Below are positions 10,667-24,226 of a stretch of 64,000 bases of DNA, piece by piece (position 1 is the first letter of the stretch; each line of letters opens with the position of its first letter). Both the position numbers and the translations under genes were made by a program. The notes below the pieces were generated by a model, which searched no databases, was not told where the DNA came from, and saw only the letters and a list, made by a program, of their open reading frames with translations. This DNA comes from Rebecca billardiae RCC1528 (taxonomy: Eukaryota > Protista > Haptophyta). The DNA lies in assembly GCA_965240325.2 (NCBI GenBank), contig OZ251246.1:62001-126000 (forward strand). The letters are read 5' to 3'.

Positions 10667-13257
10667 TGCTAGCACGGTGCTGGGAGAACTTGGGCAAGGA
10701 TGGAGACGATGAGAACAGCGGCAAGGACGTGAACGGCCATCAGCCCGCCCCAGTTGCTCCCCTCATTGGGTTGAAGCCAGGCGTGGCAGAGCGCGCGGCA
10801 ATGCCGCGCGGCTCATCGGCGATCGCGCGCAAGCGCACGCCAGACTACCTCGCCGCTGCCCTGAGGGGCATGCAGGCTGAGAAGAACCGGCAAGGCGAGA
10901 AGCTCACGCTTCTCCGCAAGCCCATCTCCAGCGCTTACGGGCCTGGCAACACCGCTGACCTGTACTCAGGCAGCCACGCGTCGAGTGCGATCGCACCGCG
11001 TGTTGACCGGATTCATCATGCCGAGTCAATCAAGGATCACCTTGAGGAGGAGGTTCGCGCACAGCGCGGTGAGGAGGAGCGTTGCCGCTCGCATCCCCCG
11101 CCATCGCGCCACTCCATCCGCACGCACGTCGTTGCGCAGGGGATCTCAACCACTACCGCCCGGGACTTGGCGCCCGCAAGCGCGGCTGAGCGCGAGGCCG
11201 AGTGCCCGCAGCTCAAGGAGTGCCTTGCTGCCTCCGAGTCATCGAACGAGGTCACCGAGCGTTCCGGGGCAGATGTAGCGCTCGACGCTGCTGCCGCTGA
11301 TGCCGCTCCGACCGTCGAGGCCCTCGAGCCTGCCGACGCTGCTCGGCGTGCTGGCCTTCTGGCCGCCGCCAATGACAGCGCGGTCGTGACCGCAGTCAGT
11401 CTGCAGCCTCGCGCGCATGACACTGTGTCTGAGTCTGACCGATCGAACGATGACATTAGCACCGATGAGTGCGACTCAAACGACCTGTATGGTCTGGCAG
11501 AGCAAACTATGCTCCAAGATGCTACGACGCGTGACTCAGTCACCGCGAGCACCAGCCCCAATATTCATTGCCAAGGCCGAACCAAACCCATCGTATTTTT
11601 GGAGATGACCAACAAATACGTTTACCCCAAAATTCACGGGGCCCTCGCAGGCCTCACGATGGCTTCCGAAGCCGAGCTGCTCGCCACGAGCGACACAAGC
11701 AGCCGCGAGATGACCGCCGCAGAGACGGCAGAGTCCTCGTCTGGCACGTATCGACTCGCGTCGAACGTAGGAAGCGCATACGATGCAGGGGGGGCATCAT
11801 ACATCTGCTTGACGGCAAAGCCGCAGCAAAACCAAGTTGGCGAGCGCGACGCGCGTGCGCATGCATCAGCTGCGTCAGCCATCACAACGCCACACTCTTG
11901 CAAGGAAGAGTATTCCGCCGAAGCTGCCGCGGATGCACATGCATCACCGCAGGACAGAACGAGCGTGAAGAAGCCCAAAGAAGGCACCACAGCCTCGACG
12001 AGGGTCACTCCTCGCTCGAAGGTAGAGCGCGAATCGCCACAGAGCGCGCGCGACACATCGACCAATGCACTTGAGTCGAAGAAACGTGACTGGATAGTCA
12101 TCGAAGGAGGAGTCACAGACTCTAATCCAACCAAGAAGGAACGTGTGTTCATGGCACGCGAATCCTCGGCAGGAGTGGATACACCCGCCACACACAAGCT
12201 GACACAGTCGGCTCTGAAATCCAAGCGCGCGGTACACAGCGCGATACGGGATGCACTCGCAGAAGTGAGCACCTACTACAAGGGCAAATCCTCAGATGTC
12301 ACACCTGACATAATGGATCCCAAGGATAGCAAGCTATCCGGCTTTCAACTCATTGCCAAAGACAAATGGGTGAAAGACGCAGCCAAAATCGATCCATACA
12401 AGGCTGACAACGCTGACGCCAACAAGATCGGATCGGTCTACGATCGATCTGCGGCAGCGATATTCAAGCAGCTGAAGGACTCTATTGAGCCTCAGTTATT
12501 CGCCTATCTGGAATCGAAGCTGCACATCAGCGATCCGACCAAGAACTACTTGGATCTGGCGCTGCTGCTACAGATATTCGAGCGCGAGCTCAAGATCACA
12601 ACTATGTCCGAACTCAGGGATGAATTCCTGAAGTTATACCCGACAAAGGTGTCGCCCATTGGCGCATCGGACATTATCAAGAAATCCGTCGAGCAAGTCC
12701 GCTCATCTCGATATGGGAATCTGGACGATGCCACGATGTTGGTCTTCAAGCTGTATAACAGCATGCACGACCATCCCCAAGTCTACGAGTCAGTTATCTC
12801 GCACTTCGGTGCGCTCACGCCCGAGCAATGTGTGGATAACACTGACCAGATAATGGCCCAGATGGAAGATGCCTACAAAAGGCACGGCTCAATGAAGCTA
12901 CTCCATCAGAACAATACCAAGGGGAGAGAGACCGACAATTATTCCAAGATACGCCAAAATGCTGATTATCAGCAAGGCACGCGGCGACGCGGTGACTTTG
13001 AGGGCGCCGAAGTCTTCGCCGCTCAGGCCCAAAAGGCTCCAGCCAATGGCGAGAGCGGGCCGAATAACTCGGACACCGGCAAACGGTGCACTCACTGTGG
13101 TCTCAAGAACCATACTGCCCAGCAGTGTTGGAAGCTCCACCCAGAGCTACGCCCCAAGGCCAACAATTACAACAAAGGCAAAAACAAGGGAGCCAACAAA
13201 TTTCCCAAGGAGCGTATCCATTTCCTGGATATTCCTGCTCCGGATGCCTATGATTGA
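10666..13257 (+). CDS. gag: Retrotransposon Gag-like protein (863 aa) with C-terminal CCHC zinc knuckle
   Basis: CTHCGLKNHTAQQCWKLHPELRP = CX2CX4HX4C followed by a Copia-like W..HPE; GC lower than host genes; lies between the LTRs. The true start is uncertain. Confidence 0.8.
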   Translation: MLARCWENLGKDGDDENSGKDVNGHQPAPVAPLIGLKPGVAERAAMPRGSSAIARKRTPDYLAAALRGMQAEKNRQGEKLTLLRKPISSAYGPGNTADLYSGSHASSAIAPRVDRIHHAESIKDHLEEEVRAQRGEEERCRSHPPPSRHSIRTHVVAQGISTTTARDLAPASAAEREAECPQLKECLAASESSNEVTERSGADVALDAAAADAAPTVEALEPADAARRAGLLAAANDSAVVTAVSLQPRAHDTVSESDRSNDDISTDECDSNDLYGLAEQTMLQDATTRDSVTASTSPNIHCQGRTKPIVFLEMTNKYVYPKIHGALAGLTMASEAELLATSDTSSREMTAAETAESSSGTYRLASNVGSAYDAGGASYICLTAKPQQNQVGERDARAHASAASAITTPHSCKEEYSAEAAADAHASPQDRTSVKKPKEGTTASTRVTPRSKVERESPQSARDTSTNALESKKRDWIVIEGGVTDSNPTKKERVFMARESSAGVDTPATHKLTQSALKSKRAVHSAIRDALAEVSTYYKGKSSDVTPDIMDPKDSKLSGFQLIAKDKWVKDAAKIDPYKADNADANKIGSVYDRSAAAIFKQLKDSIEPQLFAYLESKLHISDPTKNYLDLALLLQIFERELKITTMSELRDEFLKLYPTKVSPIGASDIIKKSVEQVRSSRYGNLDDATMLVFKLYNSMHDHPQVYESVISHFGALTPEQCVDNTDQIMAQMEDAYKRHGSMKLLHQNNTKGRETDNYSKIRQNADYQQGTRRRGDFEGAEVFAAQAQKAPANGESGPNNSDTGKRCTHCGLKNHTAQQCWKLHPELRPKANNYNKGKNKGANKFPKERIHFLDIPAPDAYD
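10667..10680 (+). other. Putative degenerate primer-binding site
   Basis: TGCTAGCACGG lies immediately after the 5' LTR, one mismatch from the TGGTAGCA start of tRNA-iMet-type PBSs. Confidence 0.4.
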
Positions 13258-13522
13258 CTATCAAGGCAGGGCATGACCCAATAACAAGGTCCAAAATCAA
13301 GGCCAAAGAGTGAACATTTGGTGCAAATAAGCCCAGGACTGACTCGGGTTACCCAAAACCGTCACACGGAAGTCCCAGCACATGACCCGTATCCTGGCAT
13401 TGGCAACCATTACTGACTCCAATTCACTCATGCACACAGATGCACAAACAATACCAAGCCCAAAATCACTCATAATCCAAGCTTAGTCCTCACAGACGAG
13501 CGCATATTGGATTGAGGGGGGG

Positions 13523-13842
13523 TGTCAAAGGAATCGCCAATCTACAGTGATTTCCAATTTCCAATCCAACATTTTACTCGCAGTCACACACTACACAGTG
13601 GTGGCGCGACCGCTGCGGCGGCGCTCGCACAAAATCCTCCAAAATCAACCTGAACCTCATCCTAAAATACAGCAGGACAGCATGGCTGGCGGCGGCATCT
13701 GGAAGCATTCTAGATGCTTCCGAAACTCGTGAACGAAACATGAGCCGATCACACAAAACACGCTGAGCTCACCACCGCAAATAAGAGCCGAAGCCGTCGA
13801 CCGACCTCGCGACCGTCAAGCCTCGAGACGCGTTCCCTGACA
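13523..13842 (+). repeat. 3' LTR (320 bp, uninterrupted)
   Basis: TG...CA termini, preceded by the PPT and followed by the TSD. Confidence 0.9.
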
Positions 13843-14064
13843 AAGAGAGTCACTGCGCGCTGCTATGACGGGCAAGTGTCGATCATCGGCGTCGGGCACC
13901 GCCGCCGCACTCTCTGTCAGACTCTCTGATCGATATGCGGCCGACGCGACGCGACTACTAGCTACACTCGCACTATACCGCCGTGTGCATGCTGCGCTAC
14001 TCTAAAAAATAGCAGCGGCGCATTGTTAGGCGCGCGCGAGCAGCTGACGGCGGTGTGCGCCGCA

Positions 14065-15350
14065 CTACGACTGCCGGACCACTGCTGCGGCGGCGTATGA
14101 TGCAGACGCGTGCCGCCAGCAGCCCCAGCTCGCCACCGAGTTCGCCCGCGCGCAGCCTGACTCCAGTGCCGCCTGCTTGGAGAGCGCGACCGCCTGGAGC
14201 CGAAGCCCGCGAGCAAGGCTGTGCGCGCGCCACATGCGCCACGCGCCCGCCAGCAGCGCCGCGAGCAGCACCGCCGCGCCGGAGGCCACGCCCACGATGA
14301 CTCCCGTGCGCCGTGCGCGCGTGCCGTCGTCCTCTTCCTCGCCAAGCAGCAAGCTCCACGGCGCTGACGCCCACCTCCGGCGCGAGCGGGAACTGGACGC
14401 GCGAGCACAGACTCCCAAACTTAAAGACCAAATCGCAGCCGTGATGCCCTATGCACTGCTTGGTGTCCCAGCCGGACTCGTAGGCGAGGACGCCGTCCAC
14501 GTGCGCGCGCAGCAGCACGCGGCCCATGAGCGAGTGCGCGTTGCTGGCGGAGCTCCCGCCGCAGAATTTTACCATGTCCCCGGTCTCCAGCTGGACCTTG
14601 AGCTGGTTGTTGTCGTGCGCGGCGGCGGAGGCGCCGAGGGCGTCGCCGCACTTCGCGTACCCAGCGCACTCTGGCTTGTTGGGGTTCCGTGTGCGCTTGC
14701 ACGTTCTCCGCTTTTGGCCATCGATCTTCACCGTGAGCGTCTGGCCAGGATGCCCTTGGCCAAAGTGCCCCGCGAACTGCGTCCAGACCTCCCAGTCGAT
14801 TGCCGTGCATGGCGGCGGCGCTGGTGGCGGCGATGGCGGCGCTGGCGGCGGCGATGGCGACGGCGGTGATGGCGGCGGCGGCGATGGCGGTGATGGTGGC
14901 GGTGATGGCGGCGGTGGGGGCGGTGGCGACGGCGGCGGCGGGGATGGTGGTGGCGATGGTGGCGGTGGTGGCGGTGGCGACGGTGGCGGTGGCGATGGTG
15001 GTGGCGAGGGCGGCGGTGGTGGCGGTGGAGACGGCGGTGGTGGCGAGGGCGGCGGCGAGGGCGGAGGCGGGGGCGGTGGTGAGGGCGGTGGCGGCGAGGG
15101 CGGCGGTGAGGGCGGCGGTGGGGGCGGTGGCGACGGCGGCGATGGGGACGGCGGTGGCGATGGCGGCGGTGGTGGCGGTGGCGACGGTGGCGGTGGCGAT
15201 GGTGGTGGCGAGGGCGGCGGTGGTGGCGGTGGTGACGGCGGCGGCCGGCGACGGCGGCGGCGAGGGCGGCGGTGGCGGCGGCGGTGTGCCCCGCACGGCT
15301 GCCGTCGCAGCGCCCAGAAGGATGGCAGTCAGCGCGCGGCCGATCGACAT
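14065..15350 (-). pseudogene. Frameshifted type I membrane protein: signal peptide, PPSP stalk, Cys-containing domain, TM helix
   Basis: Signal MSIGRALTAILLGAATAAVRG, the PPSP repeat plus CTAIDWEVWTQF... domain, and TM GVIVGVASGAAVLLAALLAGAW lie in three different frames. Single extra bases near 15246 and 14350 would join them. Confidence 0.6.
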
Positions 15351-15489
15351 GATCGGGGCGGGCACAAGTCCACCACGTACACGATCGATCGCGCCGAATC
15401 GCCGATACAACGAACGTGTCACGAGTCAAGACGCCGCCGCGAACTCTACTTAGTATAATAATCTTATACTAGCTATATATAAGAGTTTA

Positions 15490-15491
<2 letters not shown>

Positions 15492-15545
<54 letters not shown>
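15492..15545. repeat. (CT)n microsatellite, about 27 units
   Basis: Seen directly. Confidence 0.95.
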
Positions 15546-15549
<4 letters not shown>

Positions 15550-15671
15550 GCTAATAATAATCGTCAGTTGGCGTTGGAGCGGCCCCGGCGGACCGGGCCC
15601 GCTTCTCGGAGCGTCGTCAGGAGTCGTCAGCCGCGCGTGCGGGCCGCCCTCGCCCCGCGCACGCGCTCGGC

Positions 15672-17872
15672 TCAGGCGTAGTGCGCCCTCACCCAGCGCA
15701 CGAGCTCGGCCGCGCCGTGCGGCCCGAGGTAGCGCAGAGCCGCGCCGCCCGCCGCGCCGTCCGCGCCGCCGGCGCTCGCGCGGAGGCGGCCGGTCCCGGC
15801 GCTGCTGTTGCGCAAGCCGGCGTCGTCGTGGACGGCGGCGGCGTGGCCGGGCGCCGCGCCCGCCTCGCGCGGCGCCGGCGCTCCCGCGCTGCCCGCGCCG
15901 CGCGTGCCGTTCGCCGCGCCGCCGCGCGGCCGCAGCAGCAGCAGCGTCGGCAGCTCCGGCGCGCGGCCGCGCGCCAGCCCGAGCGCTCGGCCGAGCGCGG
16001 GCGCGATGTCGTTGGCCGCGACGTCGAGGGTGGCGACACGCACGGGCGCGGCGCCGCAGCGCGGCGGCGAGGCGGCGGCGCGCTCGGCGGCGCGCGCAGC
16101 CCCGCCGCCCCCGCCCTCGGCGCGCGCGTCCGCCGCGAGCGCGCTCGCCGCGCGCCACAGCGCGCCGCCGCGCGCCGTCAGCCGCTGGCAGTGGCCGCAC
16201 CAGCGCGCGGTGAGCGCGAGCAACACGCACGCGGACGGCGCGGGCAGCGCTGCGCTCGCCTCGGCGGCGTTGAGCCGAACGAGCGCGGGCGCGGGCGGCG
16301 CGCGCGCCCACACGGACGCCGAGCCGCCCGCCGCGCCGCCGGCCGCGGCGGCCGCGGCGGCGCCGCCGAGCGCGGACGGCGCGGACCGGAGCAGCGGCGG
16401 CGCGCGGCCGCCGAGCGCGGCGCTGAGCCAGCGGCCGAGGGCGGCGGCCGCGGCGGGCGGCGCGCCGTGCGCGGCGGCGGCGGCGGCGGCCGCCTCGGCG
16501 GCGGCGGCGTCGACCGCGGCCGCGGCGCGGTCCGCGCCGCCGCCCGCGCCCCGCGCCGCCTCGGCGCCGCCGCCGCTGCTGTTGCCGCCAAAGCCGCCGC
16601 CCTCGCCGCCCGCGCCGAGATTGCAATCTCGCGCGCCGAGCCACGCCCAGCGCGCGCCGTACGCGCGCTCGGCGCGCAACTCCAGCAGCAGCAGCACGCC
16701 CAGCGGGCCGCGCGCGGAGATTGCAATCTCGCCGCTCGCGCCGCCGTGCGCGGCGCGCGCACGCTCGCAGCGCGGCGCCGGCGGCAGCGCCGCGTCGCCG
16801 CCGAGCCGGCCCCAGAGCAGCTCGAGCGTGCTGTGGCGCGCGCCGCCGCGCTCGTGCGCGCCCGCCGGCGCGGCGGCGGCGGCGGCGGCGCCGCCGAGGG
16901 CGGGCGGGAGCGGCGCTGTGCGCTCGGCGACGAAGACGGCGACGCCCGAGGCGCGCGCGGCCGGGCGCGCGGCGCGGGGCGCGCGCGGCGGCGGCGGCGG
17001 CGCGGGGTTGTGCGCGCGCGCGCCGCCCGGTGCGTCCGCGGCCGCGTCCGCGTCCGCGTCCGCGGCGGCGGCGGCTGGCGGCGGCGGCGGCGGCGCGGCG
17101 CCGGCCAGCGCGCCCGCCGCGCCGCGCTGCGCGGCGAGCGCGCGGCCGCGCGCCGTGAGCGCGGCCGCGGCGGCGCGCAGCGAGGCGACGGCGCACGCGC
17201 GCGACGGCAGCGCGGCGCCGCCGCACGCCTCAGCCGCGGCGCCGCCGCCCTCCGCCTCCGCGCCGCAGCCGGCCGGCAAGCTCTCGATAATCAACACGGC
17301 GCGCGCCTTGCGCCGGCCGCCGCCGCCGCCCGCACCGCCGCCGCCGCCGCCGCCGTCGGCTGCTGCTGTCAACAGCTCGCTCAGCGCCGCCGCGCTGAGC
17401 GAGCCAGGCTGCACGCTGGCCGCGGCGGCGGCGGCGGCCTCGGCGGCGTCGTCGGACGGCGGCGGCGGGCCGCCTGCCGCGCCGCCCGCGCGCTCACCCA
17501 CGCCCCCGCCCTCGGCGGCGCGCGCCGCCGGCTCGGCCGCCCCCGCACCGTCCACGCCCGCCGCGTCCGCCTCGGCGCCCGCGCCCGCGGCCCCGGCGGG
17601 ACCGGCCGCGCCGTGCGCGCCCGCGGCCGCGGCGTCCGCGTCGGCGTCCGCGTCGGCCGCCTCCACCGCCATCGCGGCGCCGAGCGCCCGCGCGGCAATC
17701 AGCCGCGCCGAGCACGCCGCCGAGATTGCAATCTCGGCGCGCGCCGAGCTCGCGAGCTCGGCGTCCCCCCCGTCGGCCGCGTCCGCGCCGAGCGCGAGCG
17801 GCGGCGCGTCGGCCAGCGCGCGCGCCGCGCCGAGCACGCGCACGGCTGCGCGCGTGACGAGAACGACACGCG

Positions 17873-17960
<88 letters not shown>

Positions 17961-19034
17961 CTCGGGTGCCGCCTCGCCCGCGGCCTCGCCCGCCGCCTCG
18001 GTCGGCTGCTGCGGCGGCGGCTGCTGCGGCGCGGCTGTCGGATCGGGCGTGAGCACGAGCCACGAGACGAGCGGACGCTCAGCCGCGCAGCCGGGGCTAG
18101 TGCTGGGCTCAGCACAGCCGGGGGTAGGGTTAGGGGTAGGGTTAGGGGTAGGGGTAGGGCTGGGGTTGGGACGCTCAGCACCGCGTGGGTGGTGCGTGCC
18201 GGGGCCCGCGGCTGGCGGCGGGGTCTCGGGCTCGTGCGCGGCCGCGCGCACGTGCACCACCAGCGCCGCCTGGCTGAACGCCAGCTCCGCCGCGCGGCCA
18301 TCGCACGGGGCGCTGGCGGCCGTGGCGGCGGCGGCGGCGCGGTTGTCGTCGGCGCTCGTGCTGCCGCCGTCGTCGCTGCCTGTGCCACTGCGGCGGTCTG
18401 CGCCGCCATCGTCGCCGCCGCCCGAGCCCCCTTCCGCCGCCGCCACCGCCGCCCCGCGCGCGCGCGGCAGCAGCAGCACGGCCGCCACGCCCGAGATTGC
18501 AATCTCGGCGGCGGCGCCGACGGCCGCGGCCGCGTCCGCGGCGGCCGCGCGCGCGGCGAGCGGGTAGGGCACGCGCGTGAGCGCGCGCGCGATGGCGGCG
18601 GGGTCGTCGGCGTACGCCCCCGCGCCGAGGCCGAGCGGCAGCAGCGCGCCCGCCTCGAGCAGCGCGAGCTGCGGCAGCGCGCCGAGGCCGTGCGCGGCGC
18701 ACAGCGGCCGACCGCCGCCAACGCACTCGACGCGCGCGCAGAGGTGCGGCGCGGCGGGCGAGCCGAGGGCGCGGAGGTGCGCGCACGCGGACGCGACCGC
18801 CGCCTCCACGCGCGCGCACCCCGCCGACGCCGGGTGCGCGAACAGCACGAGCGCGCGCGCGCCGCCCTCGGCCGCCGCCTCGAGCTCGGCCGCGCTCCGC
18901 GCCGGCAGCCGCGCGCCGGCGGGCGGCGCGGGGAAGGCGGCGTACGCCGGGGCGGGGGAGGGGTCGGCGGGCGGGTCGGGGGCGGCGTGCGCGCCGAGCG
19001 CCGCGGCGAGCGCCGCCCAGCGCGCCAGCCGCAT
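15672..19034 (-). CDS. Secreted/ER thioredoxin-fold (PDI-like) protein with large low-complexity insertions
   Basis: Signal MRLARWAALAAALGAHA; degenerate N-terminal Trx (LVLFAHPASAGCARV...ARVEC...HGLGALPQLALL); C-terminal Trx with ARWCGHCQRL, VRVATLDVAANDI and LPTLLLL. Confidence 0.7.
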
Positions 19035-19505
19035 GCCGCTCGCGACGAGGCGCCGCACGCGGCGCGTCGCCGAGCCGGCACGGACGGCCGCCCCTGGCCA
19101 GCGGTGGCGAGCGGTGGGCCGCGCGTGCCGGCGTGCGCGGCCGAGCCAGCGTGCGCGAAAATTGAATTGAACTGCTCGCGCGCGTGCGCGGGCCAGCGGC
19201 GGTCGACGGATGATGTCGACCGCCGCGTGCGCACGAGCACGATGGCTGCCGGCCGCTCGCCGCCCCATCATATCGTCCTCTAGCTATCTACGGTGCAAAA
19301 CGACGATGGCGTCGCGTCCGGAGCATGCTGCCAACAGAGCGGGGTGGCCGTCAGCAGGCTGAGCACCACGGTCGTGCGGCTGCTCACACGCCACCGAGCC
19401 AGTGAGCCACCACCAGACACCAGTCTGGCAGTCACCCGACCCGACCGCCGCGCCGCGCGCGGCAGGTGTCACGTAGTCCGCGTCCGTCATCGCCCGCCTC
19501 GTCCG

Positions 19506-22177
<2,672 letters not shown>

Positions 22178-22414
22178 CGGGGGGCGCGCGCCGCGCGTGC
22201 GCGTCGCCGTGCGGCCGCACCGGCCGGCGCGGTGCGCGCAGCGAGCAAGCAGCACAGGCGGGGCCGGCTGTTGCCGCCCTGCTGCCCAGCCCTGCTGCTC
22301 GGGCAACAGTTTGGGTCCGGGCGCTCACGAGACCGGACACCGTCCACTGCGCCGCTCTGGCGATCTGGAGATCGAAGCAAGTCGCTGCTTGGTTGAAAAA
22401 TGATTTATTCGTCA

Positions 22415-24226
22415 TCATGCAATCACTCCACGACGCATGCGCGCGAGCGCAGCCTGCCGCAGCAGGTACTGCGTCCACATGAGGTGGCTGATGCGCACCG
22501 CGTCGTCGCCGCCGTGCTGCTGCTCTCGCGCCCGATGCTTTTTTTCGCGCGTCGTCCGATGCTGCTTTTCGCGCGGCCTGAGCGCGTGTCGCTCGGCGCC
22601 GACTGGCACGCCGCCGGCCTGCGGCGCGTGCCAGCGCTGCGACAACGCGAACGGCGCGTCGCCGCCGCCGAACGGCGCCGCGCCGCCCTCGCCGCCGAAC
22701 GGCGCCGCGCCGCCCTCGCCGCCGAACGGCGCCGCGCCGCCGCCGCCACCCAACGGCGCCGCGCCGCCGCCCAAGGGCACGCCGCCGCCGCCGCGCGGCA
22801 CGTCGCCGCCGCCGGGCCCGCCGCCGCCGCCGCCGCCGCGGCCAGGCCTGGCGCGGCCAAACGCCTTGGCGGCGGCGGCGGCGGTCAGCTCGGCGCCGGG
22901 CGGCAGGAAGGCGGCGAGCTGCGCGGCCGCGCCGCCCTTCACGCCGCGGGGGCAGCGCTCGGGGTCGGGCGTCTCCGGCGGCCGGAGCAGCGCGACCGGG
23001 TGGTGCGCGGGGTCGTACGCCGCGCTCGCCGTCGAGAGCAGCGCGAAGTTGCGGCCGCCGAGCGCGCGCGCGTTGGCGCGCAGCGCGGGCAGCGGCGCGG
23101 GCGTGGCGGCCTCGGTCGCGTTGAGCCGGCGCAGGCGGCCGTCGGCGTGCAGCGCCGCCATGAGCGAGGCCATCGCCATCTCGGGCGTGCCGGGCTGGCA
23201 CTGGTGGTACCCGAGCGCGTACTCACACTCGGGCTGGCCGGGGGCCTTGGCGTTGCACCACAAGCGCTCGAGCGCGGCCGTGCGGAGCGCGTGCGTGCGC
23301 GCGCCCGGCACCGCGCAGTCGTACGCAAAGTCGCGCTGCCAGTCCTTGACGTGCAGCACGTGCGGCGCGTGGCGCAGCGCGGCGAACGCCGCGTGCACGC
23401 GGCGCAGCCGCTCGCACGGGAACTCGCGCACCGCCGCCTTCTCCTGGTCGGCCCACTTGCCCGTGCACGGCGCGCGCGGCGCCTCGCACGCCTTCCACTG
23501 GAAGAAGCACGGCGAGTTGGGCTGCATGAGGAGGACGTGGGTGGGTACGAGCGCGTCGCCGAGCCGCGTGGCGAGCGTCACGACCGCGTCCGTCTCGTTC
23601 CGCGCGTGCTGCAGCCCCACCGCGTTCTGCACGACGCTGAGGCGCGCGCCGTTCGGCAGCAGCGCCGACCACGACTCGGTCTGCGCGTGCGTGTGCGCGG
23701 CCCAGGTCTCGCACGCGGGCGCGGCGCGGAGCGGCACGGCGGCGCGCGCGAGCGCGGTGGGCGCGACGCACGCCGCCGCGCCGTCCAGCCGGCGGATCGC
23801 CAGCGGCGCCGGGTTGTTGCACAGCAGCACCTCCGCGAGCTGCAGGCTGATGGACGTGCCGTACAGCAGCACGTGCGCCTCGGGCGGGAGCAGCAGCGCC
23901 TCGCGCTCGAGCGGCGGCATGCGCTCGGGGAAGAGGCCGCGGTACTTGGCGCCGTTGCACCGGAAGTTGGGCCGGATGTACGGGCAGCGGCTCTCGGCGT
24001 ACGTGCGGCGCGGACCGAGCGCGCCGCGCATCGACGCCCACTCGGCGTGCGACACCGTCACGAGCGAGAGCGGCTCGTGCGGCTGCTGCGCCGAGCTCGG
24101 CCGCGCGCACAGCAGCGCGAGCAGCGCGAGCGCGCGCGAGCGCGCGCGCGGCACGCAACGCCCCGGCCGCGCGCCGCCGGCCGCGCCGCCGGCGACAGCG
24201 CGCGCGCCACGCGCGGTGGGGTGCAT
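22415..24226 (-). CDS. Secreted SGNH / PC-esterase (TBL-like) acyltransferase/esterase
   Basis: Hydrophobic leader ALALLALLCARPSSA; CPYIRPNFRC, LLYGTSISLQ and GYHQCQPG resemble the TBL CPFI..F.C, GDS and DxxHWCxPG motifs. Start uncertain. Confidence 0.5.
   Translation of the reverse strand: MHPTARGARAVAGGAAGGARPGRCVPRARSRALALLALLCARPSSAQQPHEPLSLVTVSHAEWASMRGALGPRRTYAESRCPYIRPNFRCNGAKYRGLFPERMPPLEREALLLPPEAHVLLYGTSISLQLAEVLLCNNPAPLAIRRLDGAAACVAPTALARAAVPLRAAPACETWAAHTHAQTESWSALLPNGARLSVVQNAVGLQHARNETDAVVTLATRLGDALVPTHVLLMQPNSPCFFQWKACEAPRAPCTGKWADQEKAAVREFPCERLRRVHAAFAALRHAPHVLHVKDWQRDFAYDCAVPGARTHALRTAALERLWCNAKAPGQPECEYALGYHQCQPGTPEMAMASLMAALHADGRLRRLNATEAATPAPLPALRANARALGGRNFALLSTASAAYDPAHHPVALLRPPETPDPERCPRGVKGGAAAQLAAFLPPGAELTAAAAAKAFGRARPGRGGGGGGGPGGGDVPRGGGGVPLGGGAAPLGGGGGAAPFGGEGGAAPFGGEGGAAPFGGGDAPFALSQRWHAPQAGGVPVGAERHALRPREKQHRTTREKKHRAREQQHGGDDAVRISHLMWTQYLLRQAALARMRRGVIA

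Larger units (their letters stand above)
5874..13842 (+). mobile_element. Copia-type LTR retrotransposon, gag-only (non-autonomous), with nested insertion in the 5' LTR
   Basis: Ends TGTCA...TGACA; 5-bp TSD AAGAG at 5869-5873 and 13843-13847; PPT GAGGGGGGG at 13514-13522; gag ORF with CCHC knuckle; no pol. Confidence 0.9.
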
